Sequence record: OR532817.1
Length of the DNA stretch: 64,000 bases
Direction: 5' to 3' (one strand)
The first letter of the stretch is position 1; every line of letters starts with the position of its first letter. Positions 61,991-64,000 of the stretch are shown here, piece by piece. The notes beneath the pieces were generated by a model. It made no database searches. It saw nothing but the letters and a program-made list of their open reading frames with translations, and was not told where the DNA came from. The position numbers were made by a program, and so were the translations under genes.

Positions 61991-63228
61991 TAATCCTCAA
62001 GACGAGAGAATGTTCTCTCATAGAAATGCGAAGAAGCCGAGTTTATCTGTCCCTGCGTGAGTGGGCTAACATTTGAATAGGACAATACGTAGATGAATGA
62101 AAAAGGTTTAAAGGGAAGTATTTGATTCCCTGTAGTATAGTTAATGAGTTAGTACTGATTTAGATGTAATCATTGAGTAGTACTACTGTCGCAAAGGGAA
62201 ACCTTTGGCTTCCATGGGGAGTGATGACAGAAGGGCATTATCCTCCATATAGAGTTACTGCTAATAACTCCGTAAGTTGGGTTGTGGCAAACCTCCTAAA
62301 ATAAGTAATAACAGTACTACTGCTTGATGGATTTGTTACCCGTAGGTAGTACTGATTTTAATTTAAAGAATACCCTCCGCCAAGAAAGGTGCATGTAACT
62401 TGAACATGTGAACTACGGGAACAGTACTGAACCATTCAGTACTGATTCCTCTCCAAATTTTGGATACAATAATGCTAGGCTTCAGTTAGTACTGAGTGAG
62501 AATGATAATGATTCTCATTTGAATTGGATGAGAACGATTCTCATTTACTATTGCAAATGATAATAGATTGCATTTACGAATGGTTCTCATTCGCAGATGA
62601 TAATGATTCTTATTCAAAATTGATTTTTCCGATTTTTTCCATTAGTCCCCCTTCAGCGTAGGGTTAATTTTTCCCCTGCCGAATCGGTTTTATATTTTCA
62701 AAATCTGGATTAATCATATCAGTACTAACCCAGATAAACAATACCCCTTTACAAATCTTTACAAAAAGATTCTAAATGCGAATACAAATGATAATGATTC
62801 TCATTTACAGTACTGAATACTTTTCCCCACGCTCTGGCGTCTCCGGTTCCTCCCGTCTATATAAACATTATACAGTACTGAAATATTAAGTCAATACTAT
62901 TTTTTCAAAAAGATTAAAATAAAATACTTGCAATCCTGATATTATTATATTATAATGTTTACAGTACTGAGAAAGTGCTTTTGCCCGCTAGGGTGCGGGG
63001 GAGTATGCGTTAAATGAGAATGATAATCATTTACAGTACTGGACGGATTTTCCCACCCTCGGGGGTCTCTTTTTGTCTATGTGGTAATTATACAGTACTG
63101 GAATACTATATCAAGTCTCTTTACAAATCTTTACAATCCACCCGGGGAGATTTATCTTTACAATAAAAGTACTTGCATAATTCTTTCAGTACTGCTATTA
63201 TATATTCATACCAAACAGGAGAACTACC

Positions 63229-63399
63229 ATGAAATACGCGTACTCTTATTTTATTGTAAACGGTGAACGTTTGACCATCGGCCAGGCAGCGGTAAAGCAT
63301 GAAATCATTTGCGATGATCTGGCAAAGATGCTACCAGGTGAAACGCAAGAGTTTTACAAGGGCTTTCAGAAAGTCACTGTAACACGTTGTGAAGATTGA
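63229..63399 (+). CDS. 56-aa early hypothetical protein (not in ORF track)
   Basis: Own promoter, AGGAG RBS, MKYAYSYF...RCED. Confidence 0.6.
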   Translation: MKYAYSYFIVNGERLTIGQAAVKHEIICDDLAKMLPGETQEFYKGFQKVTVTRCED

Positions 63400-63464
63400 T
63401 CCAGTATTAGGGGTAGGAATACCCCTAAAACGTCCTGTAACGCATTATAAGAGGTTTTTATAAT

Positions 63465-63692
63465 ATGGCTATAGAAGTTAACGCTGGGGATATAAAGGCG
63501 GCTGTACTGCGTACCCTGAAAGCATACGGCAGAAAGCTGAATGATCGCAACGTTCCCTATTATTTCCTTGCTGCTACTCATAAAATGGCAATCGCTGAGG
63601 CTCGCGGGTGGCTGAATGATCGCAGTACTGTAAAGAGTACCAGAACAAGAAACGCAATTGAGCGATGGATAAAAGAATTAAATCATTTCTAA
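63465..63692 (+). CDS. 75-aa hypothetical protein
   Basis: GAGG RBS, higher-GC coding sequence. Confidence 0.6.
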   Translation: MAIEVNAGDIKAAVLRTLKAYGRKLNDRNVPYYFLAATHKMAIAEARGWLNDRSTVKSTRTRNAIERWIKELNHF

Positions 63693-64000
63693 TAGTTCAG
63701 TTATGGAATCAGTACTGATTCCCTGTTTAGTACTGAAATTATAAGGGGAGTTAATTAATTCCCCTTTACAAATCTTTACAAAAGAATGGTTGACATAGTA
63801 TCCCAGTACTGGTATTATGTATTCATAGACAGAACAAGTCTTTGGCCCACCGGGTGCGGAGGAGTATCTATTAGATTGAATGATAATGATAATGATTCTC
63901 ATTTACTGTACTGAATATATTTCCGCACCCTTTTGGGCTTTTCGATTACTTTCTACTTGTTAATAAGTATACCATAATCAGTACTGAATGCAATGGTCTT

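Larger units (their letters stand above)
62498..63904. promoter_or_regulatory. cluster of Fur-box-like sites
   Basis: GATAATGATTCTCATTT-type sites at 62498-62520, 62528-62545, 62553-62574, 62596-62615, 62775-62806, 63012-63032, 63878-63904. Confidence 0.7.

Overview
This is a 64-kb, very AT-rich accessory arm of a large lytic (jumbo-type) phage, probably infecting an enteric gammaproteobacterium. That host call is inferred from YbiI-, YgiB- and DenV-like genes, sigma70-type promoters and Fur-box-like sites. Essentially all real genes are on the + strand, and most are small hypothetical ORFs, many in paralogous families. Recognisable proteins are two PTH2-family peptidyl-tRNA hydrolases, a C5 DNA methyltransferase, HNH and GIY-YIG-type homing endonucleases, a PD-(D/E)XK nuclease, an HslV-like Ntn peptidase, a sigma70-family factor, YbiI/TraR, a secreted non-specific nuclease, DenV, an AAA ATPase, a DUF1190 lipoprotein and ClpP. 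No structural or replication core genes are present. The most notable content is non-coding: (1) a tRNA/ncRNA island (12-18 kb) with seven tRNAs, one of them a tRNA-Ile(CAU) split by a group I intron at its anticodon, interleaved with many structured RNAs, including three covarying 50-nt D-armless tRNA-like RNAs and a paralogous RNA pair; (2) a ~620-nt ornate RNA behind the sigma gene and tRNA mimics with enlarged anticodon loops near 31-33 kb; (3) strong window-wide over-representation of the palindrome AGTACT; (4) twelve terminator/promoter hybrid repeats delimiting gene cassettes; and (5) a gene-poor terminal region carrying a cluster of Fur-box-like sites. RNA structures and motif counts were read by eye and need computational confirmation.
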